In this document: piece by piece, positions 9,297-20,100 of the stretch
How the letters are laid out: each line of letters begins with the position of its first letter
How positions within the stretch are numbered: the first letter of the stretch is position 1
DNA from: Bdellovibrionota bacterium
Lineage (GTDB): Bacteria > Bdellovibrionota > UBA1018 > UBA923
Direction of reading: 5' to 3'
Assembly (NCBI GenBank): GCA_040754655.1
Contig: JBFMCE010000014.1
Span: forward strand, 1-47,523
DNA length: 47,523 nt
The notes under the pieces: model-generated
The model's input: only the letters and a program-made list of their open reading frames with translations
The model's database searches: none
What the model was told of the DNA's origin: nothing
Position numbers and translations under genes: made by a program

Positions 9297-10523
9297 CTAA
9301 AGCTCTAGGGTTCCTGAAACCGGTTCTAACGACGGCCCATCAGAGCCTTGAAGTTGAGAGGTGACGCTCCAATGAATTTTCATGCGATCAGTGGCATACC
9401 CGGTCCGAATTGCTGCTGCAAACACACAGAAGCCCGCCGTGTCTCCCGGGTGTACTTCTAGGTTTTGTTGGATGTGACTTCCTCTTCGCAACTCATCCAA
9501 GGTAATGCGATCACAAGAGGTGTGATAGAACAGCTCGACCGGCGTACCCGAGAGCACTCCCTCCGCTCCCGCTTGAACAACCAAGTTCGCATGCACCGTA
9601 AATGGATTGGGATTTCGAATCAGAATATGCGCAATCGGTGGAACCCTTAAGAATCTTTGAGCCACGGCCCCGGCTCCTTCGCGAGCACTCGCCGTGACAA
9701 TGAGAGGAAGGGTCTGAAGCCTCGTGGTGACATTGACGCATCCTTCGTACTGGTCAGAATAAAAGCGGATTTGAAATTGCTTATTGGAACCTTGAAAAAG
9801 TACCCCGTTAAAGAACTGGTTTCCCAGTTCGATCTCTGGGTCTCCGGTCACTCCTAGAGGAATGGCCATCTTGCCCGCCCAGCCCTGAAAAGCACCTTGG
9901 GCATCCGATTGACCTACTTCAAAAGTGAGTTGGGGCGACTTGACCGTAGTTTCAAAAGTGAGTTGCGGAAACTCAAATCCGCTTGTACGCAGCACGAGGG
10001 CCGGCAAAGTAACGCAACCTTGTCGATCCATTTCAGCGCGCAGCTGACCCGCGTTCAATTCATAGTCCGCAAGCTCGGGCACCCGGCGCACGCGGAGCTT
10101 CTTCAAGTAGGCCGATCCCATCGCCGAAGCTTGGCTCTCGCTCCGACTCATCGTGATCCGAACCTCTTGCTCTTCATCTGGATTGGCGCGTGTCGTTCCT
10201 CGCAGAAGAAGAAGACCGTCGGCCGTGTAAGCCCTGGCCTCGAAGATCCCCTCTTTGTCCCAGTCTAAATTTCGGATGGCTTCAGATTCCGTAGCCACGG
10301 GCTGGGAGAGACCCAACACGGGGATGTTTTGCCTGAGTTCTTCTCGACCGGACCCATTATGATAAGTCAGTTCGACCCGCCTGACCAAGGCGACCGAAGG
10401 ATGATCTTTATCCTTTTCATCCGAGCGCAATGAAAGTTTAAGATCAGAACCACAACCCAAGCCGAAGATGGCAAAGAACAAGAAAAATAAAACAGGTCTA
10501 AAAACGCATTTAGTGTCTTTCAT
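9297..10523 (-). CDS. Hypothetical lipoprotein
   Basis: MKDTK...FAIFGLGC lipobox; about 408 aa; no recognised domain. Confidence 0.7.
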   Translation of the reverse strand: MKDTKCVFRPVLFFLFFAIFGLGCGSDLKLSLRSDEKDKDHPSVALVRRVELTYHNGSGREELRQNIPVLGLSQPVATESEAIRNLDWDKEGIFEARAYTADGLLLLRGTTRANPDEEQEVRITMSRSESQASAMGSAYLKKLRVRRVPELADYELNAGQLRAEMDRQGCVTLPALVLRTSGFEFPQLTFETTVKSPQLTFEVGQSDAQGAFQGWAGKMAIPLGVTGDPEIELGNQFFNGVLFQGSNKQFQIRFYSDQYEGCVNVTTRLQTLPLIVTASAREGAGAVAQRFLRVPPIAHILIRNPNPFTVHANLVVQAGAEGVLSGTPVELFYHTSCDRITLDELRRGSHIQQNLEVHPGDTAGFCVFAAAIRTGYATDRMKIHWSVTSQLQGSDGPSLEPVSGTLEL

Positions 10524-10536
10524 GAAGGGGGCATTC

Positions 10537-10553
10537 AGCAAAGGCCATGCCGC
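10537..10553 (-). promoter_or_regulatory. Putative sigma54 -24/-12 promoter
   Basis: GCGGCATGGCCTTTGCT just upstream of ATG 10523. Confidence 0.6.
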
Positions 10554-10609
10554 GATACGCCCAAGTGAGGGTTTGGCGAAGCGATGAAGCCTGTGCTAGA
10601 AGAATTGCC

Positions 10610-12376
10610 ATGGCAGAAGCAAATAAAATCAGCGACTTTGACGAACGTGAGATCGCGAACGAACTCGATCGTTTGCGGCACAGTACCGCGCATGTCATGG
10701 CTCATGCGGTAAAACGACTTTACCCTCAGGCTAAATTTGGAATCGGTCCGACCATTGAAGATGGGTTCTATTACGACATTTGGTTAGACACGGCGTTGAC
10801 GCCCGAAGACCTGCCGCGCATCGAAGCCGAGATGAAGAAAATCATCAAAGACAACAATCGTTTTGAAAGAGACGAGCTTTCGGTTGAAAAAGCGCGAGAG
10901 CTTTTCACTCGCCTTGACCAACCCCTCAAACTCGAAATCATCCGCGATCTCGGTGGATCAACCTTCAGCGTCTATCAGGAAGGCGAATTTGTCGATTTAT
11001 GCCGAGGCCCCCACATCGAAAGCACAGGCCAGATCAAGGCCTTCAAGTTGCTCTCGATCGCTGGCGCTTACTGGCGCGGCAAACAAGAAAACCAGCAACT
11101 GCAACGCATCTACGGAACAGCGTTTTATTCGCAGAAAGAGCTCGATGAGCACCTCCATCTCATTGAAGAGGCCAAGAAAAGAGACCACAGAAAGCTAGGC
11201 CGCGAACTCGATTTGTTCAGTTTCGATCCTGTGGCGCCTGGCAGCCCATTTTTCCATCCGAAGGGCACGCTTGTTTACAACAGGCTTGTTCAATTCGTGC
11301 GCGAGCTTTATCGGCCTTTCAATTATCAAGAAATCATCACGCCTCAAATCATCGACTCTTCTCTATGGCACCGGTCAGGCCATTACGAGAATTACAAAGA
11401 GAACATGTACTTTACTGAGATCGAGGAGCGCGAGTTCGCGGTCAAGCCGATGAATTGCCCCGCATCGACCTTTGTGTATGCGAGCAATAAGAGAAGTTAC
11501 CGAGATCTTCCTCTCAGGCTGGCGGATTTTGGCAGGCTTCACCGCTATGAAAAGTCAGGCGCGATCGGCGGACTTACGCGGGTAAGGACTTTCTGTCAGG
11601 ATGATGCGCATGTGTTCTGTACACCCGAACAGATTGAACCCGAAGTCATCAGCTTGATCGATATGATTCTGGGCACGTACGAGGTGTTTGGATTTGGGAA
11701 AGTAGATGTTTTCCTCTCAACGCGCCCGGAAAAAAGAGTGGGCTCGGACCAACTCTGGGATACGGCGGAAAAAGCTTTGGCAAAGGCTCTAGACACGAAG
11801 GGCAAGCGCTATCAAATCAATCCCGGTGATGGCGCATTCTATGGGCCAAAGATCGACTTCATTGTTCATGACGCGCTAAAGCGACCCTGGCAACTGGGAA
11901 CCATTCAGCTCGACTTCAACATGCCGGAAAGATTCCAACTAGAGTACACGGGTGCTGACAACTCAGCGCATCGGCCTGTCATGATACATCGTGCGGTGTT
12001 GGGCTCGGTTGAGCGGTTCATGGGGGTTCTGATCGAGCATTATGCCGGGGCTTTTCCGTTCTGGCTCGCACCCGTGCAATGCATGGTCATCTCGATCAAC
12101 CCTGATCAAGAAGAATACTGCAGAGGTTTCTTGAAGACGCTTCGCGAGAAGGGAATTCGCGCCGAATACGATGGCCGCAACGAAAGCATGGGGCTGAAAA
12201 CGCGCGAAGCTCAGATGCAAAAAATCCCTTTGATGTTCGTCGCAGGCAAACGAGAAGTCGAAACCGACACGTTTTCAGTGCGAAAGTACTCTGAGAAAAC
12301 AAGTACGACGATGACAAAGGACGCTCTTCTTGAGATGATGCTTGAGCTAGAGGCTGCCGGAAAACCAAAAGCCTAA
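10610..12376 (+). CDS. thrS: Threonine--tRNA ligase (short form without the N-terminal TGS domain)
   Basis: RHSTAH, DLCRGPH, RDHRKLG, KPMNCP, RVRTFCQDDAH, GAFYGPKID and IHRAVLGS; start set at ATG 10610. Confidence 0.97.
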   Translation: MAEANKISDFDEREIANELDRLRHSTAHVMAHAVKRLYPQAKFGIGPTIEDGFYYDIWLDTALTPEDLPRIEAEMKKIIKDNNRFERDELSVEKARELFTRLDQPLKLEIIRDLGGSTFSVYQEGEFVDLCRGPHIESTGQIKAFKLLSIAGAYWRGKQENQQLQRIYGTAFYSQKELDEHLHLIEEAKKRDHRKLGRELDLFSFDPVAPGSPFFHPKGTLVYNRLVQFVRELYRPFNYQEIITPQIIDSSLWHRSGHYENYKENMYFTEIEEREFAVKPMNCPASTFVYASNKRSYRDLPLRLADFGRLHRYEKSGAIGGLTRVRTFCQDDAHVFCTPEQIEPEVISLIDMILGTYEVFGFGKVDVFLSTRPEKRVGSDQLWDTAEKALAKALDTKGKRYQINPGDGAFYGPKIDFIVHDALKRPWQLGTIQLDFNMPERFQLEYTGADNSAHRPVMIHRAVLGSVERFMGVLIEHYAGAFPFWLAPVQCMVISINPDQEEYCRGFLKTLREKGIRAEYDGRNESMGLKTREAQMQKIPLMFVAGKREVETDTFSVRKYSEKTSTTMTKDALLEMMLELEAAGKPKA

Positions 12377-12436
12377 AGACATGCATGCTTTGTTGAAAAC
12401 CTTGCATCTACTTCGTTGGACGGGCAGGTACTAAGG

Positions 12437-13918
12437 ATGGCGCAAAAAGCCGAAAAATCCTCGTTCCCGAGAAGAAACTGGGGACAACTTTACGATAATA
12501 TTTACGGCTTCATTCGTTTAACCGCGACGGAAGAAGCCATCATCAATTCCCCCTACTTTCAACGCTTGCGTTGGATCAAACAGCTGGGCTTCGCGAACTA
12601 CATTTTCGATGGCGCCGAACACACGCGTTTCGCGCATGCTGTGGGAGCGATGCACTCGGCTGATCAAATGGTGCGGGCAATCGGACGGGGCGTTCCTGAT
12701 GAAAAGCTCTTTGACCCGAAAGCGACGGACTCTGCCTCTATCTTCCACAAATCAATTCGAATCGCGGCGCTTCTGCACGACATAGGGACATTTCCTTTCT
12801 CTCACTCGATTGAAGGTTCATACATCCGTCATGGCGAACGGTTGGAGAAAACCGGCAAACTTCCCGGAAAACAACTCCCCAACAACCATGAGCACTTGGG
12901 TTCTTACATCATCAAGAAAAGTGAATTTCCAGGAGGGATCACTCACATCCTAAAGAGCTCTGGATTTGATTTTGCGAATCTCTCAAAGTTCATCAAGGGT
13001 GATTCGCCGGACATGGTGGCAAACCAGCTTTTGCATTCTGACATCGACGCTGACCGGATGGATTATCTGATTCGCGATGCCTACCATACTGGAATCAAGT
13101 ACGGTCATATCGATCGCGACTACATCCTTTACCACCTGACGACATTCAAGACCTCTGACGGCAAGGAAGCATTGGGCGTGAAAGAAAACGCCTTGCATGC
13201 GGTTGAAGACTTTTTGATCGCAAGATTCGCATGGTACTCGCAGGTCGTGCGCAACTCGAGCTCTGCGAAGTTCGACATCCTGGCTGCGCATATCGCTTCT
13301 TATCTTCTTCAGCACAACTTGATTTACTCGTTCCAGAAGCTTCTTGAGATGGCGAAGTCAGACCCCGAGCGCTTCTTTGGGTTCAACGACATTTATTTCA
13401 TGGGCTTGGTTCAAGACCTGTATCTTTCAAAGAAAATCAAAGACCCCATTTTGAATGAACAAATGAGGATGTTGATCTACCGCATTCCACCGAAAACCGT
13501 TCGGCTCGCTGAGAGCGAGCATCAAATCCTCGAAGTCGATAGTGATGGATTGATTCGGCAGAAAGAGAATCGGGTCCGGAAGCTTGAACAAAAAATCAAG
13601 GAAATCAACGCCCTCTTCAAGAAACATGGAAAGGGAACGGAATGGATCATCGCCGACATTCCGACCAAAGACGTGATCTTCACTAAAGACATCCAGTCTA
13701 TCGTGAGGAAGCGCACCTCAGAGAATATTTATACCGAGCGCGATCCGATCAAGGTCATTGATAAATATGGCAATCCCTCTCTATTGGTCGAAAGGGAAAA
13801 CGCGTTGATCGGAAAACTATCTCGTTATGTGAATTTCATTCCGAATGTCTACGCGAACAACGCGGCCGTTGAACTGCTCAGGCAGAAAAGAATCTTGCGC
13901 GAAAAAACTCATTCATAG
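12437..13918 (+). CDS. HD-domain phosphohydrolase, SAMHD1/COG1078-like putative dNTP triphosphohydrolase
   Basis: FQRLRWIKQLG, HTRFAHAVG, LLHDIG.FPFSH and DADRMDYL.RD. Confidence 0.88.
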   Translation: MAQKAEKSSFPRRNWGQLYDNIYGFIRLTATEEAIINSPYFQRLRWIKQLGFANYIFDGAEHTRFAHAVGAMHSADQMVRAIGRGVPDEKLFDPKATDSASIFHKSIRIAALLHDIGTFPFSHSIEGSYIRHGERLEKTGKLPGKQLPNNHEHLGSYIIKKSEFPGGITHILKSSGFDFANLSKFIKGDSPDMVANQLLHSDIDADRMDYLIRDAYHTGIKYGHIDRDYILYHLTTFKTSDGKEALGVKENALHAVEDFLIARFAWYSQVVRNSSSAKFDILAAHIASYLLQHNLIYSFQKLLEMAKSDPERFFGFNDIYFMGLVQDLYLSKKIKDPILNEQMRMLIYRIPPKTVRLAESEHQILEVDSDGLIRQKENRVRKLEQKIKEINALFKKHGKGTEWIIADIPTKDVIFTKDIQSIVRKRTSENIYTERDPIKVIDKYGNPSLLVERENALIGKLSRYVNFIPNVYANNAAVELLRQKRILREKTHS

Positions 13919-14751
13919 ACGCAGTTGGCGCGTCCCTGGTCGTTCTCCGTGAGGTTTTGTTTTACTTCTCCGTTCCCGGCTTCATCAAAAAACACCTGTG
14001 GGAACATGACCGTCTCAATCAAAGGGTCATTCGATTGACTGGGGTCGGGACAGCCCACATTAGATTTATTTTGATTGGGTTTTCCGAGCGGGCCGCAAGA
14101 ATGGTCAAGCCCCAAGAGATGCCCTAGCTCATGAACAGCGATGCTTTGGAGATCCGGGATCCTACCAGACCCGCTGACGAAGAAGTTCGTATAGTTGAAT
14201 TCCATGATGGCATTGAAAATGGTCGAAAGACCGTTGGGGTTAGAGTTAAAGCAAGTCGTCGTGACAGCCACGGCTGTCGGACTTTTGGACCAGTTTGAGA
14301 ATCGTTTGTAGACAACCGTGCCTTCTGAAAGCGTACCTGCAGAACAGGCCGGGCTGACTTGATTGAGGGTAGCTTGATTTCCTGATCCACCCGCACCAAC
14401 GTCAAAAATCGTAAAACCCTTGGAGGCGCTGTAAAACCGGTTCCAGGTTTCTGCGCCCGCTTGAATGGCGTTCACCTCTTCAGCGGCCCAATCTCCTGAT
14501 TTAAATGAGAGTTTGATTGGAATCGCACCCCACTTGCCTTGAATTGAGTTTGATTGTTCTTGGGGAAGGACGCATTCCTTTACGATTTTTTCGGAGGGTT
14601 TATTCGTCTTTTTAGGAGCACAGGCCTGTATCACTGGCATGAGACATAGGCACACAAGTAAACAAGACACGTGCGTGAAAGAGCCCGTCGTCTGTTTGTC
14701 GATGCGCGCAGAAATCGGCCTTGGTTTGCTGTACCCCCGTAAAGGCACCAA
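13909..14751 (-). CDS. Matrixin-like (M10, metzincin) zinc metalloprotease, probable lipoprotein
   Basis: HELGHLLGLDHS zinc motif, Met-turn VMFP and IQAC lipobox. Confidence 0.85.
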   Translation of the reverse strand: MVPLRGYSKPRPISARIDKQTTGSFTHVSCLLVCLCLMPVIQACAPKKTNKPSEKIVKECVLPQEQSNSIQGKWGAIPIKLSFKSGDWAAEEVNAIQAGAETWNRFYSASKGFTIFDVGAGGSGNQATLNQVSPACSAGTLSEGTVVYKRFSNWSKSPTAVAVTTTCFNSNPNGLSTIFNAIMEFNYTNFFVSGSGRIPDLQSIAVHELGHLLGLDHSCGPLGKPNQNKSNVGCPDPSQSNDPLIETVMFPQVFFDEAGNGEVKQNLTENDQGRANCVYE

Positions 14752-14795
14752 GAATGTCCCCCCTCAAATACCCACTCCTCTCTATTTTCGGATTT

Positions 14796-14812
14796 TTGAC
14801 TAAATTAATCAA
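14796..14812. promoter_or_regulatory. 17-bp quasi-palindrome TTGACTAAATTAATCAA, copy 1
   Basis: 7 of 8 pairs are self-complementary; reverse complement matches 17098-17114 at 16/17. Confidence 0.6.
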
Positions 14813-15191
14813 ATTTTTGCAATCCGTTGATTTTATTGTTATTTTTCAAAACACCTCGGCCTTTTCTACCTAGCGCCCAACCGCCAACCCGACGTGATTC
14901 AATTTTAAGCTCTTGAGTGCCTAGAAGCCGCTTTGGCAAGCAAATGCCCATTAGAGTGGCTATGCGCAGCAAAGTACTGAGCCTAAAATCAAGACTTCCC
15001 TTTTCGAGGCGTGAGATGTGGCAGATAGGCATGTCTAACAGCTCACTCATTTCCGTTTGAGTGAGCCCCATTTTTGCGCGGCAGTGTTTTAAAGCCTCGC
15101 CAAAGTAATTCAGTACAAGCCCAAGCTCGTACTCAGCCCTAGTGCTTCTGCGATTGATGCGTTGGAGTTTCGACGGAAATTGATTTCTCAT
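14805..15191 (-). CDS. XRE-family helix-turn-helix regulator
   Basis: LKHCRAKMGLTQTEMSELL...ISRLEKG...LSTLLRIA; SD GAGGT. Confidence 0.8.
   Translation of the reverse strand: MRNQFPSKLQRINRRSTRAEYELGLVLNYFGEALKHCRAKMGLTQTEMSELLDMPICHISRLEKGSLDFRLSTLLRIATLMGICLPKRLLGTQELKIESRRVGGWALGRKGRGVLKNNNKINGLQKFD
14820..14832 (-). promoter_or_regulatory. IHF-like binding site
   Basis: AATCAACGGATTG fits WATCAANNNNTTR, with an upstream A-rich tract. Confidence 0.45.
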
Positions 15192-15269
15192 GTTCTGAGT
15201 ACCTCGTTTTTGTAGGGTTTCACGTTTTATTGGGGGGTTTGGCCTTGCGACCGTTTGTCTTGGGATGAT

Positions 15270-16919
15270 CTAAGAATCGACCGTCTCAAATTCACGCAAG
15301 GCGACCTTATTGAGAAGCGCAGGATCTAACTGAAACTCGGCCCGTTGAATCTTGATCTTCAGCGCCGAACGCAAACGATCATCAAGGTCTTGTCGAATCA
15401 AAAGCGCCAGTTTCAAGTGATGCACATTTCGCGGTTGATCGAGCAAAAGAGCCAGGGTTCTGGACACTCGAGCTATTTTCATCTTTCCTCTGTCAGAAAG
15501 ATCACAGCTGAGTTCGGCCCATAGAGAGGGGCCATCGACATCAATGCCTTCTTGCTTTTGATCTCGCCTCATCGAAGCTCGCTCAACTCTTTCGCTCCAT
15601 GTGGAAGAATCGAGTAGAGCGTCAAAATAAGGCAAGAGCTCTTTGGGAATAAGTGCGCCTTTCTTATTTTGCTCGCGCTGCCCAAGCATCACGATCAAGT
15701 CGAAACGATCCATCATAGGGCCAGAGAGTTTCCGTTGATACGCTTTTCTACACGGATCGGTGCAACGACAAGGCCGTCGTTCGAGCCCAAAGTAACCGCA
15801 AGGGCAGAGGTTCGTAGTGGCCAGTAGCTGAAAACGAGCAGGCAAGTAGGTCCTAAACTTAGCCCTTTGCAGACGAACGACCCCGTCTTCAATGGGTTGT
15901 CGAAAAGCCTCGAGCACATCACGTCGAAACTCGAGGAACTCGTCCGCCACTACGATGCCATTGTGAGCACGCGTGAGCTCGCCCGGCATTACCTGACCTG
16001 AATTCAAGAGAGCCCCCTCGAGCGCAGCTCGCGAAATACTGGTCTGCAAATGCACTACTGGCCTTGCCGACCGTTTTGAATTCCATTCGGAAAAGAACTC
16101 TCCAAAAGGCTTCAATGAAGAGGTGCGTTCCATTTTCTCGGCGGCACTCATAGGTCGCGAAGCGGATGCGATCGCTTGGACAAGCATGCTCTTTCCCATG
16201 CCGTGCGGACCAACGAAGAGGCAGTGGTGTTGGCCAGCGACCGCGACAAGCGCTGCAAGAATACCGAGTGGCTCATCTTGAACCTGCGTCAAAAGCTGAA
16301 AAGAATTTCGAGTCGTCGTCTCTTCAAGTGCTTTAGATTCCACTCTTCCGAGCAGTTTCAACGCTGGCCTGCCTGACATCACACGGGCACCTGCTTCCTG
16401 AAGTTTTAAAAGCGCCTCCGCCAAAGTTCTTACCCCGGCCATCTCAAAACGCTCGGCCAGACTGGGCGCAATTTCCAAGAGCTGCTCAACGTCTTTCTCG
16501 TGAGCCACTAAAAAGCCGGTTCCGTCAGATGCAATCCCTAAAAGCCATTCCGCGATAGCCGACAACCACCCGCATGGGCGAATTTCCCCGCTCAAAGAAA
16601 GTTCGCCGATCGCAAAAATCTGATGTGGAATGGGGCATTCAAAACTGGCTGCCAAGATTCCAAGCGCCATGGGAAGCTCAAAATGACTCCCCCATTTCGG
16701 AAGGCTCGCAGGTAAAAGATTGATCGTCACTTTTCGCGCTGGCCAATCAAAACCAGAATTCACGACCGCCGCGCGAACGCGCTCTCGGCTTTCTTGAGTG
16801 AGCGAACTGGGCAATCCGACCAGAGTCACATTCGGAAGTTGTTTGGCGAGATCGATCTCACAGGTCACCAAATTTGGAGCAAGACCGACGAGCGCGCACG
16901 AGTGAATACTGACCACCAT
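15270..16919 (-). CDS. comM: ComM/YifB Mg-chelatase-like AAA+ ATPase (divergent)
   Basis: LVGLP, ESRERVRAA, INLLPA, GELSLSG, Walker A GPHGMGKS, PGELTRAHNG, NLCPCG and LSGPMMDRFD; start at ATG 16919 after AAGGAGG. Confidence 0.85.
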   Translation of the reverse strand: MVVSIHSCALVGLAPNLVTCEIDLAKQLPNVTLVGLPSSLTQESRERVRAAVVNSGFDWPARKVTINLLPASLPKWGSHFELPMALGILAASFECPIPHQIFAIGELSLSGEIRPCGWLSAIAEWLLGIASDGTGFLVAHEKDVEQLLEIAPSLAERFEMAGVRTLAEALLKLQEAGARVMSGRPALKLLGRVESKALEETTTRNSFQLLTQVQDEPLGILAALVAVAGQHHCLFVGPHGMGKSMLVQAIASASRPMSAAEKMERTSSLKPFGEFFSEWNSKRSARPVVHLQTSISRAALEGALLNSGQVMPGELTRAHNGIVVADEFLEFRRDVLEAFRQPIEDGVVRLQRAKFRTYLPARFQLLATTNLCPCGYFGLERRPCRCTDPCRKAYQRKLSGPMMDRFDLIVMLGQREQNKKGALIPKELLPYFDALLDSSTWSERVERASMRRDQKQEGIDVDGPSLWAELSCDLSDRGKMKIARVSRTLALLLDQPRNVHHLKLALLIRQDLDDRLRSALKIKIQRAEFQLDPALLNKVALREFETVDS

Positions 16920-17048
16920 TTTTAAGGCCTCCTTTGCTCGAAATACGATCGGCAGACTTTTCACGGTTTGTGCCAATTCGCAGCAACGAGCCCCTCTCTT
17001 TTAAGGTTCGCCTTCTAACCATCGAAAACTGGGTAAAAAATCTAATTA

Positions 17049-17061
17049 TATCAAACACTTA
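17049..17061 (+). promoter_or_regulatory. IHF-like binding site
   Basis: TATCAAACACTTA fits WATCAANNNNTTR, preceded by an A-tract. Confidence 0.45.
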
Positions 17062-17068
17062 AAATAAC

Positions 17069-17096
17069 TAAACCTCTGCCTCGCTCTGACCGATAT
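17069..17096 (+). promoter_or_regulatory. Possible sigma28 (FliA)-type promoter
   Basis: TAAA-N16-ACCGATAT versus consensus TAAA-N15/16-GCCGATAW. Confidence 0.4.
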
Positions 17097-17097
17097 A

Positions 17098-17114
17098 TTG
17101 ATTAAATTAGTCAA
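17098..17114. promoter_or_regulatory. 17-bp quasi-palindrome TTGATTAAATTAGTCAA, copy 2
   Basis: Inverted near-copy of 14796-14812, about 40 bp upstream of the 1060-aa gene. Confidence 0.6.
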
Positions 17115-17153
17115 CTAAGGCAAACTTCTAGTAGTGAGTGGGGGATAAATTCT

Positions 17154-20100
17154 TTGTTCGTGGGCTTAAGGGGGATAGCTAATCATACCGCAAGGGTCTC
17201 AAGCCTTGCTCTGGTCTTAGTTGTTGGGACCATGAGTTTGCAGGGGTGTTTCAATGCGGGCACGACTGCCGGAAAAGTTCCGCAAACCACAACAGCAACC
17301 TCGGGCACATCGACCTCATCAAACGGCGCCAGTACTGAAACCCAATGCCTTTTGTTTTCAAACAACTCAAACGATTACTCGACCTGTCTATCATGCAAAA
17401 ACTCGTTGTGCACTTGCACCACCAGCACGTGCACAAGTACAGAGCTTGCCGCCTGTAGCGTGAGCCTCAATACGCTTACCCAATGCGTGCACAACAACAA
17501 CTCGCTTGCGGGTGGATCTTGCATCGGACTTCGCTGCGGCGATACCCAGGTGCCCGATTTTGCCGCATGCACTTGCAGAGATGCGCAACCTCCGAATTCG
17601 ATCTCTCCAACACCGGGCTTTGAAGACCAGCTTGCGCCTTACGTTCAACCCGGTTTCTTCGTGAGCAGCAGGTACTGCCCCGCAGGCACCGTGAATGCGG
17701 TGACAGGCACGACTCGGTTCGACTGCCTTTTAACCAACGGAGGCCCAGCGACCAGCCCGACTTATCCCCTCAGTTCCTCACTATCGCCGATCAATGTTTT
17801 TCAAGATGTCGGATATCTCAGGTGGGATCTTGCACTTGATGCATCTCAATTTTCACCGGCACTCCCACTTGAATTTCAACGCCCATTCCTAGGAACCACA
17901 AGCACCTTGGTTGGCAATGTCTTGTTCTCGTACCAGCTTAAACCCAACACCGTGCTCGCCTCAAACGCAGGACTCTATCAAGTGCGATGGAACGATTGCA
18001 TCGAGCATTTTTCCGGGTACGGCACGAATGCCGCCACCGCTTCAGCCGTCACCAATAACTTTTGCGATCCGCGAACCGCTACGGGAGTAGCCGGAGCGAC
18101 CTCATCGGTCATGATCGATCTCACCGCTGGAAATGGATCAGGAACAGCGCAAATCTCAGGCCTTTCGATGAACGGAGGTTCCTCGAACAGCAATCTGTTT
18201 TCATTAGCCGCCCCTGGCACCGAAGGGGACCTCCTCAAGACAAGCGTCTTTGGAACGTCTGACCGGGGCGTGAGCAAAGAAGACACTGGGCGCGGCGTTG
18301 ATGGAAACGGCATCGGCGAATGGAACGACAATACGCAAGGGCAAGGCACCGGTCTCTTCTCGAATATCGGCTACTACAAGTACACGTGGGGGCCGCTGGG
18401 TGTGAAACGAAACCCTGCTGACTCAAGTAACGTGGCGCAAGCAAGCGTCACGGGCCGTGTGTCGATCAACATGAATATGGGTTACACACCGGCAACTGCC
18501 GTAGATTCCACAGCGATGTCGCCCCTGGCTTTCACCGGGGGGCTCACTTCCCGCACCTGCTCAACAACGGCTTCAAACCAGTGCGTGTCGACCTCGGTGT
18601 ACCGCACCTCGGGCGGAGCCATCCTGACGCAATCTTTCTCACCGCTGTTTGCGAACAATTCCCACGCCTCGGGCGTTTCATCACTGCCTCCTGGGATTGT
18701 TGCCGTCTCAACCCCAAAGATCATTGAAGACACTTCTCAAGATGTTTCAACAAGCACGTCACCTGCGAAACTTCGCGTCTTCACACGAGCCGATGATGGA
18801 AATATTTACATGAGCCGATTCCAAAACGGCGCCTGGAATTCTTGGATGAACTTAGGCAGGCCTTGGGTGTGCAATCCCAGCCAAGGAGGGGGTCTGTGCT
18901 CTGGATCAAATCAACCAGAAGTATACAGGCCTTTTTTAATGAGTGCCGCCAACTGGACGGCGATGGGCCGCGCCAACAACGGCATCAGCATCGCAAGCGA
19001 GCCCGTCGTGGTTTCTCACATGCGTCCCAGTGGGTTGAATCCCAATTACGTCAAAGGCTATATCGCGGTTTTTGTTCGAGTCTCTCACTTGCTTTCAACA
19101 GTGCACACCGACGGAACCACTTTAATCGGGCCATACCACAACGCTGTTTTTTACACCTACGCAGCCACCGACTTCTCAACCAGCGCTTCCACCTCATTTG
19201 ATGCGATTGGTACCTGGGCGCCCTGGCGGGCCGTAATTGACAGCGACGGCGATCTTTTCAGGATACAGGGAAACCCGCTGGCATTGATGAACCAATCGGC
19301 GGCGGGAGATACGAATACGCGCGTCTATCTCTTTGGAACACGTTCAGCAAACACGACCAGTGACGTCGCCTTGCATCCGCCGGTTGCTCCCTCAGTCGCC
19401 AATAATACGGCAGCGATGCTGACTCAAGCGACTATCGGTCGAGACTCAGGCAATGCCACGGCCCCTGAGCCTTATTACAACTATGGTTATGAACTGGTCA
19501 GAACCAGCGCTGATATTCACAATACGGGCGCTGGTGCTGGCACGCCAGCCCTTAGTTGGACTGATATCAGCGGCAACGTCGAACAAATTCAAGTCGCAGG
19601 CCTCAACGCTGGAGAGGGCGCTGTGATCAGCGACTGGACCTACGCCCCGGTGAGCGGAGCCTGCACCAACGGAGCGAATTGTATCCGTGTTTTCGCAAAC
19701 GCATTGACTGGCGTAAGCTCGCCAAATGGCGCGCCCAGAAGCCCTCAGTATTACACGAGGGTTCTTCTGTTTCGCGAATACACGTTCTCAAACGCCGTGG
19801 CGAGTTACATGCGCCTTGAATGCGGCTCAAGCTACAGCAACCTCAAGTTCTTAGGTTCGGTCTGGCCGGTGAACCTTGAATCGGCCACTAACGAAGCCAG
19901 GGCCAATCCCGTCGGTGGCGGTTTGAGCATGTATATCTTCGGAAGATCGACCTGCTATGACGATACCGACCTAAGAGGCTCGTGCGACCCAAGTGTGCCT
20001 ACTTTGAGTTACGCAGCAGTTGAAGGAACCACCGACTGCGACGCCGGCGAAGCCGACCCAAGAACAAGCGTTCAATACTTTTATGGCAATTCCGCTACCC

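Noticed and set aside
15270..16919. comM as an integration site of a genomic island
   Set aside because: The ORF is uninterrupted, and no integrase or att duplication is visible.
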